Of a DNA stretch of 64,000 nt, positions 28,934 to 38,534 are shown in pieces (the stretch's first letter is position 1; every line of letters begins with the position of its first letter). Below the pieces are notes generated by a model. That model saw only the letters and a list, made by a program, of their open reading frames with translations, made no database searches and was not told the DNA's origin. Origin of the DNA: Spirochaetota bacterium. GTDB taxonomy: Bacteria; Spirochaetota; UBA4802; JAFGDQ01. Position numbers and translations under genes: made by a program. Location: the NCBI GenBank assembly GCA_043803405.1, contig JAZDKB010000003.1, positions 1 to 64,000 of the forward strand, in the 5' to 3' direction.

Positions 28934-30223
28934 ATGAATATAAAAAATTCTATCGAGTTATACAACAAAGCCCTCGCGCTTATGCCCGGCGGTGTAAACT
29001 CCCCTGTCCGTGCTTTCAAATCCGTAGGCGGGAACCCGATATTCGTTAAACGCGGCGCAGGCTCCCGTATATTCGACGAAGACGATAACGAGTATATCGA
29101 TTACTGCATGTCGTGGGGTCCGCTAATACTTGGACACGCAGACGAAGACGTTGTGCAGGCAGTGATCGAAGCGGCAAAGAACGGCACAAGCTTCGGCATG
29201 CCCAACCGCTATGAAGTCGTGATCGCAGAAATGGTAATCGAACGCTTCCCGTCAATCGAAAGAGTGCGCTTTGTAAGCTCAGGCACTGAAGCAGCAATGA
29301 GCGCTATACGGCTTGCGAGGGGCTTTACAGGCAAAGACAAGATCATCAAGTTCGACGGATGCTACCACGGCCATGCGGATTACCTGCTCGTTGCAGGCGG
29401 GTCAGGACTCGCGACATTCGGTACGCCGGATTCAGCCGGAGTTACGAAAGACAATGCAAAAGATACGATAGTTGTGCCGTTCAATGACACTGATCTGCTT
29501 GAACAGGCTTTAAAGAAAGAGCAAAATAATATCGCAGCAATAATAATGGAGCCTGTCCCATGCAATTACGGGCTCATTCCACCGAAAGAAAACTTTTTAG
29601 CGGAAGTCAGGACGCTGTGCGACAAATATGGCGCGCTATTAATATTCGATGAGGTCATTACAGGCCTGAGGCTGTCAAGTGGAGGCGCTCAGGAGTATTT
29701 TGGAATTAAACCGGACATCACTGCCCTGGGCAAGATAATCGGGGGCGGCCTGCCTGTAGGCGCTTATGGAGCATCAAAAGAGATTATGGCAAAAGTCGCG
29801 CCCGAGGGCCCTGTGTACCAGGCAGGCACACTGTCCGGCAATCCGCTTGCGATGTGCGCCGGAATAGCCACGCTTAAGAAACTCGACGCCGGTGCTTACA
29901 AGCTGCTTGCAGGCAAAGCGCAAAAATTCAGGAAGCTTTTACAGCCTGCTCTCGATAAACATACCGGCAAAATATTATTTCTGCAAATGGAATCCATTTT
30001 CGTGCTGTATTTTACGGATAAAAAATCAATAAGCTCTGTAAGCGATGTTAAACAATCGGACATGAAACTATTTGCAAAATTTCACAAAGCAATGCTCGAA
30101 CGGGGGATGTATCTTTCGCCATCCGGCTACGAAGTTGGCTTTCTTTCAACAGCGCACAGCGACGAAGACCTGGCTAAAACAGCAGAAGCAATAAATAATT
30201 CACTAGATGAACTTTTTACTTAA
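28934..30223 (+). CDS. hemL: Glutamate-1-semialdehyde 2,1-aminomutase
   Basis: MPGGVNSPVRAF, SWGPLILGH, FDEVITG and GKIIGGGLPVGAYG motifs. Start re-called to the ATG at 28934. Confidence 0.97.
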   Translation: MNIKNSIELYNKALALMPGGVNSPVRAFKSVGGNPIFVKRGAGSRIFDEDDNEYIDYCMSWGPLILGHADEDVVQAVIEAAKNGTSFGMPNRYEVVIAEMVIERFPSIERVRFVSSGTEAAMSAIRLARGFTGKDKIIKFDGCYHGHADYLLVAGGSGLATFGTPDSAGVTKDNAKDTIVVPFNDTDLLEQALKKEQNNIAAIIMEPVPCNYGLIPPKENFLAEVRTLCDKYGALLIFDEVITGLRLSSGGAQEYFGIKPDITALGKIIGGGLPVGAYGASKEIMAKVAPEGPVYQAGTLSGNPLAMCAGIATLKKLDAGAYKLLAGKAQKFRKLLQPALDKHTGKILFLQMESIFVLYFTDKKSISSVSDVKQSDMKLFAKFHKAMLERGMYLSPSGYEVGFLSTAHSDEDLAKTAEAINNSLDELFT

Positions 30224-30234
30224 ACTGTTTATAT

Positions 30235-30335
30235 TTGCCACAGAGACACAGAGTTATAGAGAGATCAGCATTAAAATGAGAATAAAATAATTATTTTATA
30301 TATTTTACCTCTGTGCCTTTGTGTCTCCGTGGCAA
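30235..30335. repeat. Paired inverted GCCACAGAGAC repeats (after hemL)
   Basis: TTGCCACAGAGACACAGAG (30235-30253) and CTCTGTGCCTTTGTGTCTCCGTGGCAA (30309-30335) between convergent genes. Confidence 0.8.
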
Positions 30336-30354
30336 TTCATAAATAAATATTGTG

Positions 30355-30549
30355 TTAAAAATTCGCCAATATAGCAAGAAATCCGTGCAGAATTCCTGTT
30401 ATAAATAGAACTATTCCTGCTTTTTTATGAATTCCAATTTTAACCTGAATAAAATGAAGTCCTGACAATAATTGAAATATTAAAAGAAACATATTGATTA
30501 TTCCTAATATCATTATTATTGATATTCCGAATATTGACATGGTGAACAT
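30355..30549 (-). CDS. Small two-TM membrane protein
   Basis: 64 aa, two hydrophobic helices, GAGGAG RBS, three histidines. Confidence 0.7.
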   Translation of the reverse strand: MFTMSIFGISIIMILGIINMFLLIFQLLSGLHFIQVKIGIHKKAGIVLFITGILHGFLAILANF

Positions 30550-30571
30550 AGTCTACTCCTCTGATCTGTTG

Positions 30572-30952
30572 CTATTTTACTTCTATCGTTTTGGCTGCCT
30601 TTCCAGTGCTTCCGTGAATGTTGCAGTTTCCTTCAACTTCCACAGCCAGTGGTCCGTTACTTTCAATTTTGTAATCTGTTTCACGGGAAAAATTTTCACT
30701 CTCCGGAAGCTTCCCTGAAGAGAATTCCCAGCGCGCGATTTCTTTTCCATTAACTTTAACATACACCCAGTTTGTATGATGAATAAAATTATTTGCGCTG
30801 TGAGTTATGTTTACTTTTATTTTAATAACGGAACCCTTAGCCGCTTTATCCGGCGCATCAATTGAAACGGAAGTTTTATTTGCAAATACAGGTGAAGCAA
30901 TTAAACACATAGAGAATATTAATGCAAATATAAGTTCATTTTTCTTTAACAT
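30572..30952 (-). CDS. Exported desulfoferrodoxin/superoxide-reductase-like domain protein
   Basis: Signal peptide (...SPVFA), H-x6-HH-x2-W and CNIHG motifs resembling the SOR iron site. Start re-called to the ATG at 30952 (GGAGG RBS). Confidence 0.7.
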   Translation of the reverse strand: MLKKNELIFALIFSMCLIASPVFANKTSVSIDAPDKAAKGSVIKIKVNITHSANNFIHHTNWVYVKVNGKEIARWEFSSGKLPESENFSRETDYKIESNGPLAVEVEGNCNIHGSTGKAAKTIEVK

Positions 30953-31056
30953 GTTAATCTTCCTCCGTAATAAAATAATTTGCAATCTGTCTGAATATAT
31001 AATTATGGATACAATCTAATCTAAAAGTGGCCATTAGTCAAGATGGATTTAAATTC

Positions 31057-32541
31057 TCATATATCCATCGTTTTAAAAAACTCGACAAAGAGCCTTACTC
31101 CGAAACCGGTGGCATACTTGGGTCTGTATCCCCTTGCTTTAGAGAACCACGATGTGCCTGCGATGTCTATATGCGCCCACGGGACTTCCTTAATAAATCT
31201 TTTAATAAACATGGCGCCCACTATAGTTCCCGCGTTCCTTCCCTGCCCCACGTTCTTCACATCCGCGATGTCGGATTTAATAAGATCATCGTATTCCTTA
31301 TCCAGCGGAAGCCTCCATACCTTCTCGCCTGTCTCAGCGCCTGCTTTAAAAATAGCGTCAGCGAGTTTGTCGTTGTTTGAAAGAAGTGCTGCAATCAGCT
31401 CACCGAAGCAAACAAGGCAGGCGCCTGTCAGCGTGGCTATATCGATTATGCAATCGGGCTTCAGCGTTTTTTCCGTAAAAGCAACTGCGTCCGCAAGGAT
31501 GAGCCTGCCCTCGGCATCCGTGTTCCCGATCTCCACGTTCTTCCCGTTATAAGCTGTAAAAATATCACCTGCCCTGTACGAATTATTGCTCAGCATGTTT
31601 TCGCATAAAGGCATAACAGCAATGATATTCTTTTTCAGTTTCAGCTCAGCGGCAGCCTTGACAGCATACAGGCACGATGCTGCTCCGGACATGTCGCTTC
31701 TCATATCCTCAATTGATGCGGACGGTTTCAGGTTCATTCCTCCGGAGTCAAAAGTAATTCCCTTGCCCACTATAGCAATATGCTTTTTACTTCTCGGATC
31801 ACCATTATATTGCAAAACAACAAGCTGTGGAGGATATTTACTTCCTTTGCTTACTGCCAGCAAAAGCCCCATTTTTAATTTCTCAATTTCGCTCTTCCCG
31901 TAAACCCTGCAGCTTATGCCTTTAAATTTCATTAGCTTTTTTGCTTCACCGGCAATCGCAACAGGATTGCTTACCTCGCTTGACTCGTTTATAATGTCCC
32001 TGCACAAATTTGTATTCGCGGCTAATATTTCCAGCCCTTTTAAAATCCCAACAGCTTTACCTGTATTTGCGCAGTAAATAAACGCTTCCTCAATCTTCTT
32101 CAGCTGGTTATTGTCCTCATCATTTGAAGATTTATATTTATCAAAAGAATAATCTGCAAGGGTCAATCCTTCGGCAATAGCGGATAGAACTTCAATCTCA
32201 TCATGCTTTTCAAACTTCGGCAGGATTATATTAATTTTAGGAATGTTTCTCTTTTTGCAGGCCGGAACTATTGTACTCGAATTTTCCCTTAAGGAATCTT
32301 TTGTTATTTTCGTCTTTTTCCCCAACCCGACCAGCATAATATTGGGATATTTTTTAAACGGGATAAACATGATCTCCGAAGATTTGCCTTTAAAGGACGA
32401 AATGTCGGCGCTCTCTTTAATGAACGCAAATTCCGGAATTATCCGTTTGCTGATTTCTTTTTCGTATTCTTCCGGCAGAAATATTACCGCAGTATCATTC
32501 TCTTTAAAATTATAGACCGCCGGCTTTGCAGTCAGTTTCAT
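31057..32541 (-). CDS. pepA: Leucyl aminopeptidase (M17)
   Basis: VGKGITFDSGG, DMSGAA and NTDAEGRLILAD motifs. Confidence 0.97.
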   Translation of the reverse strand: MKLTAKPAVYNFKENDTAVIFLPEEYEKEISKRIIPEFAFIKESADISSFKGKSSEIMFIPFKKYPNIMLVGLGKKTKITKDSLRENSSTIVPACKKRNIPKINIILPKFEKHDEIEVLSAIAEGLTLADYSFDKYKSSNDEDNNQLKKIEEAFIYCANTGKAVGILKGLEILAANTNLCRDIINESSEVSNPVAIAGEAKKLMKFKGISCRVYGKSEIEKLKMGLLLAVSKGSKYPPQLVVLQYNGDPRSKKHIAIVGKGITFDSGGMNLKPSASIEDMRSDMSGAASCLYAVKAAAELKLKKNIIAVMPLCENMLSNNSYRAGDIFTAYNGKNVEIGNTDAEGRLILADAVAFTEKTLKPDCIIDIATLTGACLVCFGELIAALLSNNDKLADAIFKAGAETGEKVWRLPLDKEYDDLIKSDIADVKNVGQGRNAGTIVGAMFIKRFIKEVPWAHIDIAGTSWFSKARGYRPKYATGFGVRLFVEFFKTMDI

Positions 32542-32629
32542 TTTTTGCTCCTCGCTGTTCTTGTGATTATTTCAAAAGCTAATTGCGGATAACAAATTTA
32601 TTAAGCTGTTCCGTAAAAGTAAAGAAGAA

Positions 32630-32998
32630 TTATTCCTGTTTTGCACTATACGAGATTGTAAAAAATCCGTTCTCATTTTTTTTTAGCATGATATTTCCAG
32701 CAAGCTTCCGGCCTTCCAGCATAAACCCGGACGCGTTGTCTTTTTCAGTAAGAGGTGTGCATTCCCCGCGGTCGAATATCCTTACGCTCCCCCTGCCCTT
32801 GCTTACCGGCCCCTCGTAATCGAGGTACTCCTTCCTGTGATCCGCAAGCCTCTCGGCATTTACATGGCTCCCGCTCAAAAGCAAATTCATGTCCGCAAGC
32901 CCTATCTTCCATGTCAGCAGAGCATCAGCATCAGATTGCTCTATCATCAAATCATAATGCTCATCTTTACCGGCATGATGCTGAATAACGAATCTCAT
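32630..32998 (-). CDS. Stand-alone LigD 3'-phosphoesterase-like domain protein
   Basis: RFVIQHH...HYDLM...DHRKEYLDYEG...GSVRIFDRG matches the LigD N-terminal PE pattern. Confidence 0.8.
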   Translation of the reverse strand: MRFVIQHHAGKDEHYDLMIEQSDADALLTWKIGLADMNLLLSGSHVNAERLADHRKEYLDYEGPVSKGRGSVRIFDRGECTPLTEKDNASGFMLEGRKLAGNIMLKKNENGFFTISYSAKQE

Positions 32999-33001
32999 GT
33001 T

Positions 33002-35128
33002 TCATGCAACCTCAAAGTCGATTCTCATAGTATCGTAAAATACTTCCTTTAAACGCACACGCACCCTGTCGCCTATCCTGTATCTCTTACCAAGCTTTCT
33101 GCCGGTCACAGTGTACTCATCATCATTAACAAGATAATAATCGTCGGTGAGAAACCTGAGCGGGACCATGCCCTCGATCGGCCTGTCTATAAGCGCGACA
33201 AAAAAGCCTGCTTTACCAATGCCGCTTACCACTGCTTCAAAGACTTCGCCGATCTCGCTCTGCATAAATCTGCACGAGATAAGCTTGAAAAGATCGCGCT
33301 CTGCATTCTGTGCTATCCTCTCCAGTTCGGAGCTTTGCTCGCCGATAGGCCCAAGCTCGGAAGCTTCGTACGGAAGCGCTGTTTTATCTATCAGGCTTTT
33401 TAAACAGCGGTGCACAATAAGATCCGGATACCTTCTTATGGGAGATGTAAAATGCGTATAATCCGCAAATCCAAGTCCAAAATGTCCGAGCGGCTCAGCT
33501 CCGTAATATGCCTGCATAAATGATTTTAAAATAATAAAATTTACTACCTTCTCGAATTCTTTACCTTTAACCTGATCCACAACTTTCTGAAGCGCAACCC
33601 CTATATTGCTTGTAGCTTTTAATGAAATACCCAATGTCCTTAAAAAATTACGCAGCGTCTGCATTTTCTCATCGCTTATATTCTCGTGCACCCTGTATAA
33701 AGCAGGAATATTGTTTTCAGTCAGGACCCTCGAAACTACTTCATTGGCGCTAAGCATAAATTCTTCAATCACTAAATGGCTTCGGAGCCTCAGTGCAAAC
33801 CTGATATCCTTCATACTATCCTTATCGTAAATGAGTTCATAATCCGGCAGGTTTAAATCGATGCGGCCGCGCTTCAGGCGATTCTCTTTAAGCTTGGAGG
33901 CAAGCTCGAACATATGCGATAAAACATCATGCAAATTTTTGTTTTTCTTCTCTTTCTTCTTCGCTTCCCCGTCAGTGCCATCAATCGCCATATCTGCTGA
34001 AACATAAGTCATTCTTTTATCAACTTTAATGATTCCTCTGTAAAAGCTGCGGCCTGTCTCATTGCCGTTTTTATCGAAAGATATCTCAACCGAAAGTGTA
34101 AGCCTTTTCTCTCCTTCTTTCAAAGAACAGAGATTGTTTGAAAGAAGCTCGGGCAGCATCGGAATAACCGAATTTCCGAGATAATAACTCGTGCCTCTTT
34201 TAAACGCTTCCCTGTCCAGTTCGCTTCCCTTCTTCACGTAAGACGATACATCCGCAATATGTATATAAAGGACGTAGCCGCTGTCCGTTACATCCAGCGA
34301 TACGGCATCGTCAAAGTCCTTTGCCCTCTCGCCGTCTATGGTAATTGTAAAAAGTTTAGTGTAATCCTTGCGCCCGCGGGCTTCAGCTTTCATCACCTTG
34401 TTTTCAACGCCATCCAGTTCCGCATATTCTTTATGAGCGCCTGGGAGCGAATGCTTTGCAACAATGCGATCAACATCGTATTTGTCCTCATTGGAAAAAA
34501 AACTTTCAACAACGCATTCCTGCTTACCGGAAATATATTTGTCTGTGAGCCGTAATATCGCGAAGTCCGCCTTCTGCCCTTCTTTTGACGTCCCGGCGCA
34601 TACATCCATTTCGCCGTACGTGTCGAGGAGCTTGAAATAGATATAATTGCCGGATCTGTTCATCACCTTTGCGAAATACTGCTCCCTCTTCCGCTCTAAT
34701 ACCTTAATTATTTCTCCGGAATATACCCCGTCCCTGAAGTCAGTTAGCCTGCCTTCAACTTTATCATTATTACGTGCCTTATTTATCTGGTCTTTTGAAA
34801 TTATTATTTCATCACCATCATTTGTTTTTAAAACACCATTACCGCTGGAATTTAGAATTAATTTGCCAGATAATCTAAAACGGCGGTTTTTAACATAAGT
34901 CTTTCTTTTTTTCTCCAGATACCCAATGGAGACGAGCGCATTCAATACTGTACCGACTTTCGACAGAGCCTCGCTTTCGCGCGAACCGCCTTTTTTCTTA
35001 TGTTTGCCGGCTTTCGCTTTCTTTTCTTTTACAGGAGGAGAAAGCAAGGATTTAGTTATGTCACGCGCAGTAAACGGCGGGTCATTTTCATTTATATATG
35101 TTACAATTCTTTTTGAGGCTATTGGCAT
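33002..35128 (-). CDS. rnr: Ribonuclease R (RNase II family)
   Basis: TIDGERAKDFDDA, HIADVS and HFTSPIRRYPDL motifs plus C-terminal S1 domain. Confidence 0.93.
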   Translation of the reverse strand: MPIASKRIVTYINENDPPFTARDITKSLLSPPVKEKKAKAGKHKKKGGSRESEALSKVGTVLNALVSIGYLEKKRKTYVKNRRFRLSGKLILNSSGNGVLKTNDGDEIIISKDQINKARNNDKVEGRLTDFRDGVYSGEIIKVLERKREQYFAKVMNRSGNYIYFKLLDTYGEMDVCAGTSKEGQKADFAILRLTDKYISGKQECVVESFFSNEDKYDVDRIVAKHSLPGAHKEYAELDGVENKVMKAEARGRKDYTKLFTITIDGERAKDFDDAVSLDVTDSGYVLYIHIADVSSYVKKGSELDREAFKRGTSYYLGNSVIPMLPELLSNNLCSLKEGEKRLTLSVEISFDKNGNETGRSFYRGIIKVDKRMTYVSADMAIDGTDGEAKKKEKKNKNLHDVLSHMFELASKLKENRLKRGRIDLNLPDYELIYDKDSMKDIRFALRLRSHLVIEEFMLSANEVVSRVLTENNIPALYRVHENISDEKMQTLRNFLRTLGISLKATSNIGVALQKVVDQVKGKEFEKVVNFIILKSFMQAYYGAEPLGHFGLGFADYTHFTSPIRRYPDLIVHRCLKSLIDKTALPYEASELGPIGEQSSELERIAQNAERDLFKLISCRFMQSEIGEVFEAVVSGIGKAGFFVALIDRPIEGMVPLRFLTDDYYLVNDDEYTVTGRKLGKRYRIGDRVRVRLKEVFYDTMRIDFEVA

Positions 35129-35199
35129 TCTTTTTCCCTGAAATTCAATAAGTAGATTTTTAAACTATTATAATAAGTTTAATTTTATTTGTCCAACAT

Positions 35200-37263
35200 T
35201 TATACAGAACCTAAATATTCAATATTATAACCGCTATTAATAACTTCTTCTATTATACTATTTTTCGATTCATAGCCCTGAAAAAACAAATTATTAATTT
35301 CAATGATATTATCATGCGGTGAAGCCAGAATATTTTTCAAGCTCTTATTAATATTGTTTGGATTGAATACATTCCGCTTATTCCCTGCGGATTCGGCAAT
35401 GTTGAGCTTGATGCCGTCAGCATCAAGAATCCGGCAAAACTTATTTAAATTTCCGCTGAACATAAAGTCGGATGTAATGCGGCATTTTGATACAATTATT
35501 TTTTTTATTAAATATGTATAATTTTTCAGATTTTTATAATCCGGCACAGGAATGCAGAGGGTTATATTCCGAATATTGTTCCGGCAGCAATATCCCGCAA
35601 TAATATCCGCTTCTTCGATACTGTGCAACTGCCCAAACATAACAGGATCGACTTTTTCGGTTTGCACTATTATAATTCTGCTGTTGCCTTCGAGCAATGC
35701 TATATTGTTCGCATTTACCGAATAATTGTACGAAAGAATAGCCCATGCAGACACAACTGAAACACAAACAGAAAGTGGAAATAACTTTTTATTCAGTTTA
35801 ACCGGAATGACAGGCAAAAGAAAAAGCAGGTACGGCAGTAAAAGCAGTGCGCTTTTGCTGCCAGTAATTGCGAAATGGCCATTTATACCGGAGAAATACT
35901 TTATCACTTGAAGGCTTATTGAATACAGACCGTCGGTAAAGAAAGCGAAGTATTCCGCAGGCTGTATAGCAAAGACCGAGATCACATTAGCTGCAACCGA
36001 CAGTATCAGCATCCAGGACATTGAAAACACAAGTACTATATTCGAGAAAAGCCCTGCAAGATTGATTTCGTTCAGCCGGAGAAATATAACAGGCAAAACA
36101 AAAGTCTGGGCTGATAAGGTTACGGCAAGAGCTTTCGAAATTACCGAAGGCAAGGATGAGAAAGCGTTTTTATAAAAGTTAAAGAATAGTATTATCCCGA
36201 ACGTGGCCCCGAATGAGAGCTGAAATCCCAGGCTGTACAGTTCATAAGGATGAATCGCAAGAATGATGACTGCGGAAATAAAAAGCGTGTTGAAAATATT
36301 TTTTTCAAGATCGAATATATACTGTATTGAGAACACATAAAACATAACGAATGCCCTTAGCAGGGAAACCGGCATATCTGTTATGAACAGGTAAAATAAT
36401 ACAACGAGCGCGATCATTATGCGGAGTATTTTTCTGTTTATCAGCAACGGGCTGAGCGCTATGAGCAATGCTCCTGCTATTATGCCTATATGTTCGCCGC
36501 TTGCTGCAAGTATATGCAAAGCGCCCGCTCTTTTAAAATCAGCAGTCGTGGATTTATCCACATAGCTGCCGTTCGCAAAATACAATCCCTTTAAAACCGG
36601 GACCGTTTTTTTTTCGAATAGTTTTAACAAATTATTTTCGATTGAGATCCTGATACTATCTTTTAACACCGGAGGAGCATTCTTTATTATTTTAAAATTT
36701 TTCCGGTTGAGATAAAAAATAAATTTTACGCCCTTTCTGAAAAGGTCAGTTTCAAAAGACGAACTGTTTTTATTCCCAGGTATAATTTCTTTCGGCCTGG
36801 CATGAATTTCAATTTTATCGCCGGGATTTACTTTTATATCTTTATCAAGATAGGTTACAGCTGAGTTTATCATTTGAAAAAAACCGGATGGATTCACATT
36901 CTGTTCGTAAAAACTTAACTCTACTTCGGAGCTGTACCTCAAATCCTTCACGGATTCAATGGTTGCCATAAATTTATGGGAATGCAGATTAATTGGCGCT
37001 GTCCTGTACTGAAGCAATATCTGTATAACAATCACCAGGCAGATAATGACAGGAATGAACGCGTTAAAAAAAGACCGAGAAGTACGTCGTATAAATAGAA
37101 TAAATAATAAAAGAGAAAGCAGTGTAATAAAAATACCGATCGCTGTATTTGAATGTAAATCGAATAAGCAGGAATAAACAGAGAAAATTATAGTGCAGGC
37201 AAGCAGCAAAGAAAAAAAAGAAGGAACAAGAATTAAATTTGCGATTCTTTTATATTCTTCCAA
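35200..37263 (-). CDS. comEC: ComEC/Rec2 family competence membrane protein
   Basis: GALHILAASGEH, SLLRA and GFQLSF competence-domain motifs; many TM segments; C-terminal domain divergent. Confidence 0.85.
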   Translation of the reverse strand: MEEYKRIANLILVPSFFSLLLACTIIFSVYSCLFDLHSNTAIGIFITLLSLLLFILFIRRTSRSFFNAFIPVIICLVIVIQILLQYRTAPINLHSHKFMATIESVKDLRYSSEVELSFYEQNVNPSGFFQMINSAVTYLDKDIKVNPGDKIEIHARPKEIIPGNKNSSSFETDLFRKGVKFIFYLNRKNFKIIKNAPPVLKDSIRISIENNLLKLFEKKTVPVLKGLYFANGSYVDKSTTADFKRAGALHILAASGEHIGIIAGALLIALSPLLINRKILRIMIALVVLFYLFITDMPVSLLRAFVMFYVFSIQYIFDLEKNIFNTLFISAVIILAIHPYELYSLGFQLSFGATFGIILFFNFYKNAFSSLPSVISKALAVTLSAQTFVLPVIFLRLNEINLAGLFSNIVLVFSMSWMLILSVAANVISVFAIQPAEYFAFFTDGLYSISLQVIKYFSGINGHFAITGSKSALLLLPYLLFLLPVIPVKLNKKLFPLSVCVSVVSAWAILSYNYSVNANNIALLEGNSRIIIVQTEKVDPVMFGQLHSIEEADIIAGYCCRNNIRNITLCIPVPDYKNLKNYTYLIKKIIVSKCRITSDFMFSGNLNKFCRILDADGIKLNIAESAGNKRNVFNPNNINKSLKNILASPHDNIIEINNLFFQGYESKNSIIEEVINSGYNIEYLGSV

Positions 37264-37825
37264 CTTTATATACCATACCCAGTTTCGCTCCTAATGAGAA
37301 TTTTGAAGAATCATCGCCCATGCCGAAACGTCCGTATCTGGCGAGGACATCGAATACGAGTTTCCATTCGCGCGAAATATCAAACACTAGTCCGGTTGTG
37401 CCGTTAAGGCCGCCGCCGTTATAGCTTTTATCGGACGGAGGAGTTTCGAGATATGCGCCTATACCGCATGTAAATGCGAACTCAGGAAACAAAGGGAATG
37501 AATACTTTAACGTGCTGTTATAAATTAAATGCTGAACCGATACATCGGGTTTTCCGCTGCTGAAATTATTAATATATTCAAGAGAAAATTCACCAATGAA
37601 TCTCCTTACGTATATGTTAAGCAGGCAACCGCCGCTTACGAAATAACCGGTAATTACTTTTGATATTCTTGTGTCCGTTTCCGACGACCAGCCTCTGTAC
37701 GCGACCTGGTTATAGCCGCCTCCGACAACAGGCCCCATGTAAGTAAAAAAAAGCTCCTCCTCCGCTGCTTTAAGCCCGCTGGCGCTAAAAAGAATAAAAA
37801 GCAATATAATCGCTGTTTTTTTCAT
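37250..37825 (-). CDS. Putative outer-membrane beta-barrel protein
   Basis: Signal peptide and alternating aromatic/Gly strands. Confidence 0.55.
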   Translation of the reverse strand: MKKTAIILLFILFSASGLKAAEEELFFTYMGPVVGGGYNQVAYRGWSSETDTRISKVITGYFVSGGCLLNIYVRRFIGEFSLEYINNFSSGKPDVSVQHLIYNSTLKYSFPLFPEFAFTCGIGAYLETPPSDKSYNGGGLNGTTGLVFDISREWKLVFDVLARYGRFGMGDDSSKFSLGAKLGMVYKVGRI

Positions 37826-37832
37826 AAAAGTT

Positions 37833-38534
37833 CTATCTTATATCCAGAGGATTTTTAACAACCTGCGCATTGGCAGGCGCCTTAAAATTAAATACTCCAG
37901 GGGCTATTTTTTCTCCGGTCTTTACATCAAAAAATTTTATTACAAAGCCGTCGCTGTTAATGTCTTTAAATACGGCATTCACGGGAATAAAATCCTTTGT
38001 AAGGACAAATTTAACTTCTGAATATTTTCTGCCCTCATTCACCAGCTCAATAGCGGGCTGGGAAGGATCTTCAATAAATTTGGCTTCATAAGTCCGGAAG
38101 AACCGCGATATCCCGCCCATCAGCCTAGGCTTAACATCTTTACCATGATTCTCGCTATTCTCCTTATCCTTATCTGCTTCAGTTGTTTCCAGTTCCTGTA
38201 TACCGCAAACCTCGGTGGATGCATCATAAGTCCATAATTTTTTGCCGTTGGTGATAATAAGCTTGCCGGGCGGGTCCGTGAACTTTACATACATTTTTCC
38301 CGGCCGCATGTACATGAATATGCCGGAATAAACCTCGCCGGTCTGATACGAAATCGTCAACCTTCCCTTTATTGTATCCGCGCTGTTAAGCCGGCTCATT
38401 AGCCTGGTCATTGCTTCTTCGCCGGTTAATGCGAAAACCGGGCATACATAACTCAGCAGAAATAACAGGACACATAACAACTTTATTTTATAACGCATAA
38501 CAGAAATCATAATAAGATAAAGTTTCAAGGTCAA
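37833..38534 (-). CDS. lolA: Outer-membrane lipoprotein carrier LolA family
   Basis: [14 protein letters not shown]...[12 protein letters not shown]...[12 protein letters not shown]; true start may be 38498 or 38510. Confidence 0.85.
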   Translation of the reverse strand: MTLKLYLIMISVMRYKIKLLCVLLFLLSYVCPVFALTGEEAMTRLMSRLNSADTIKGRLTISYQTGEVYSGIFMYMRPGKMYVKFTDPPGKLIITNGKKLWTYDASTEVCGIQELETTEADKDKENSENHGKDVKPRLMGGISRFFRTYEAKFIEDPSQPAIELVNEGRKYSEVKFVLTKDFIPVNAVFKDINSDGFVIKFFDVKTGEKIAPGVFNFKAPANAQVVKNPLDIR

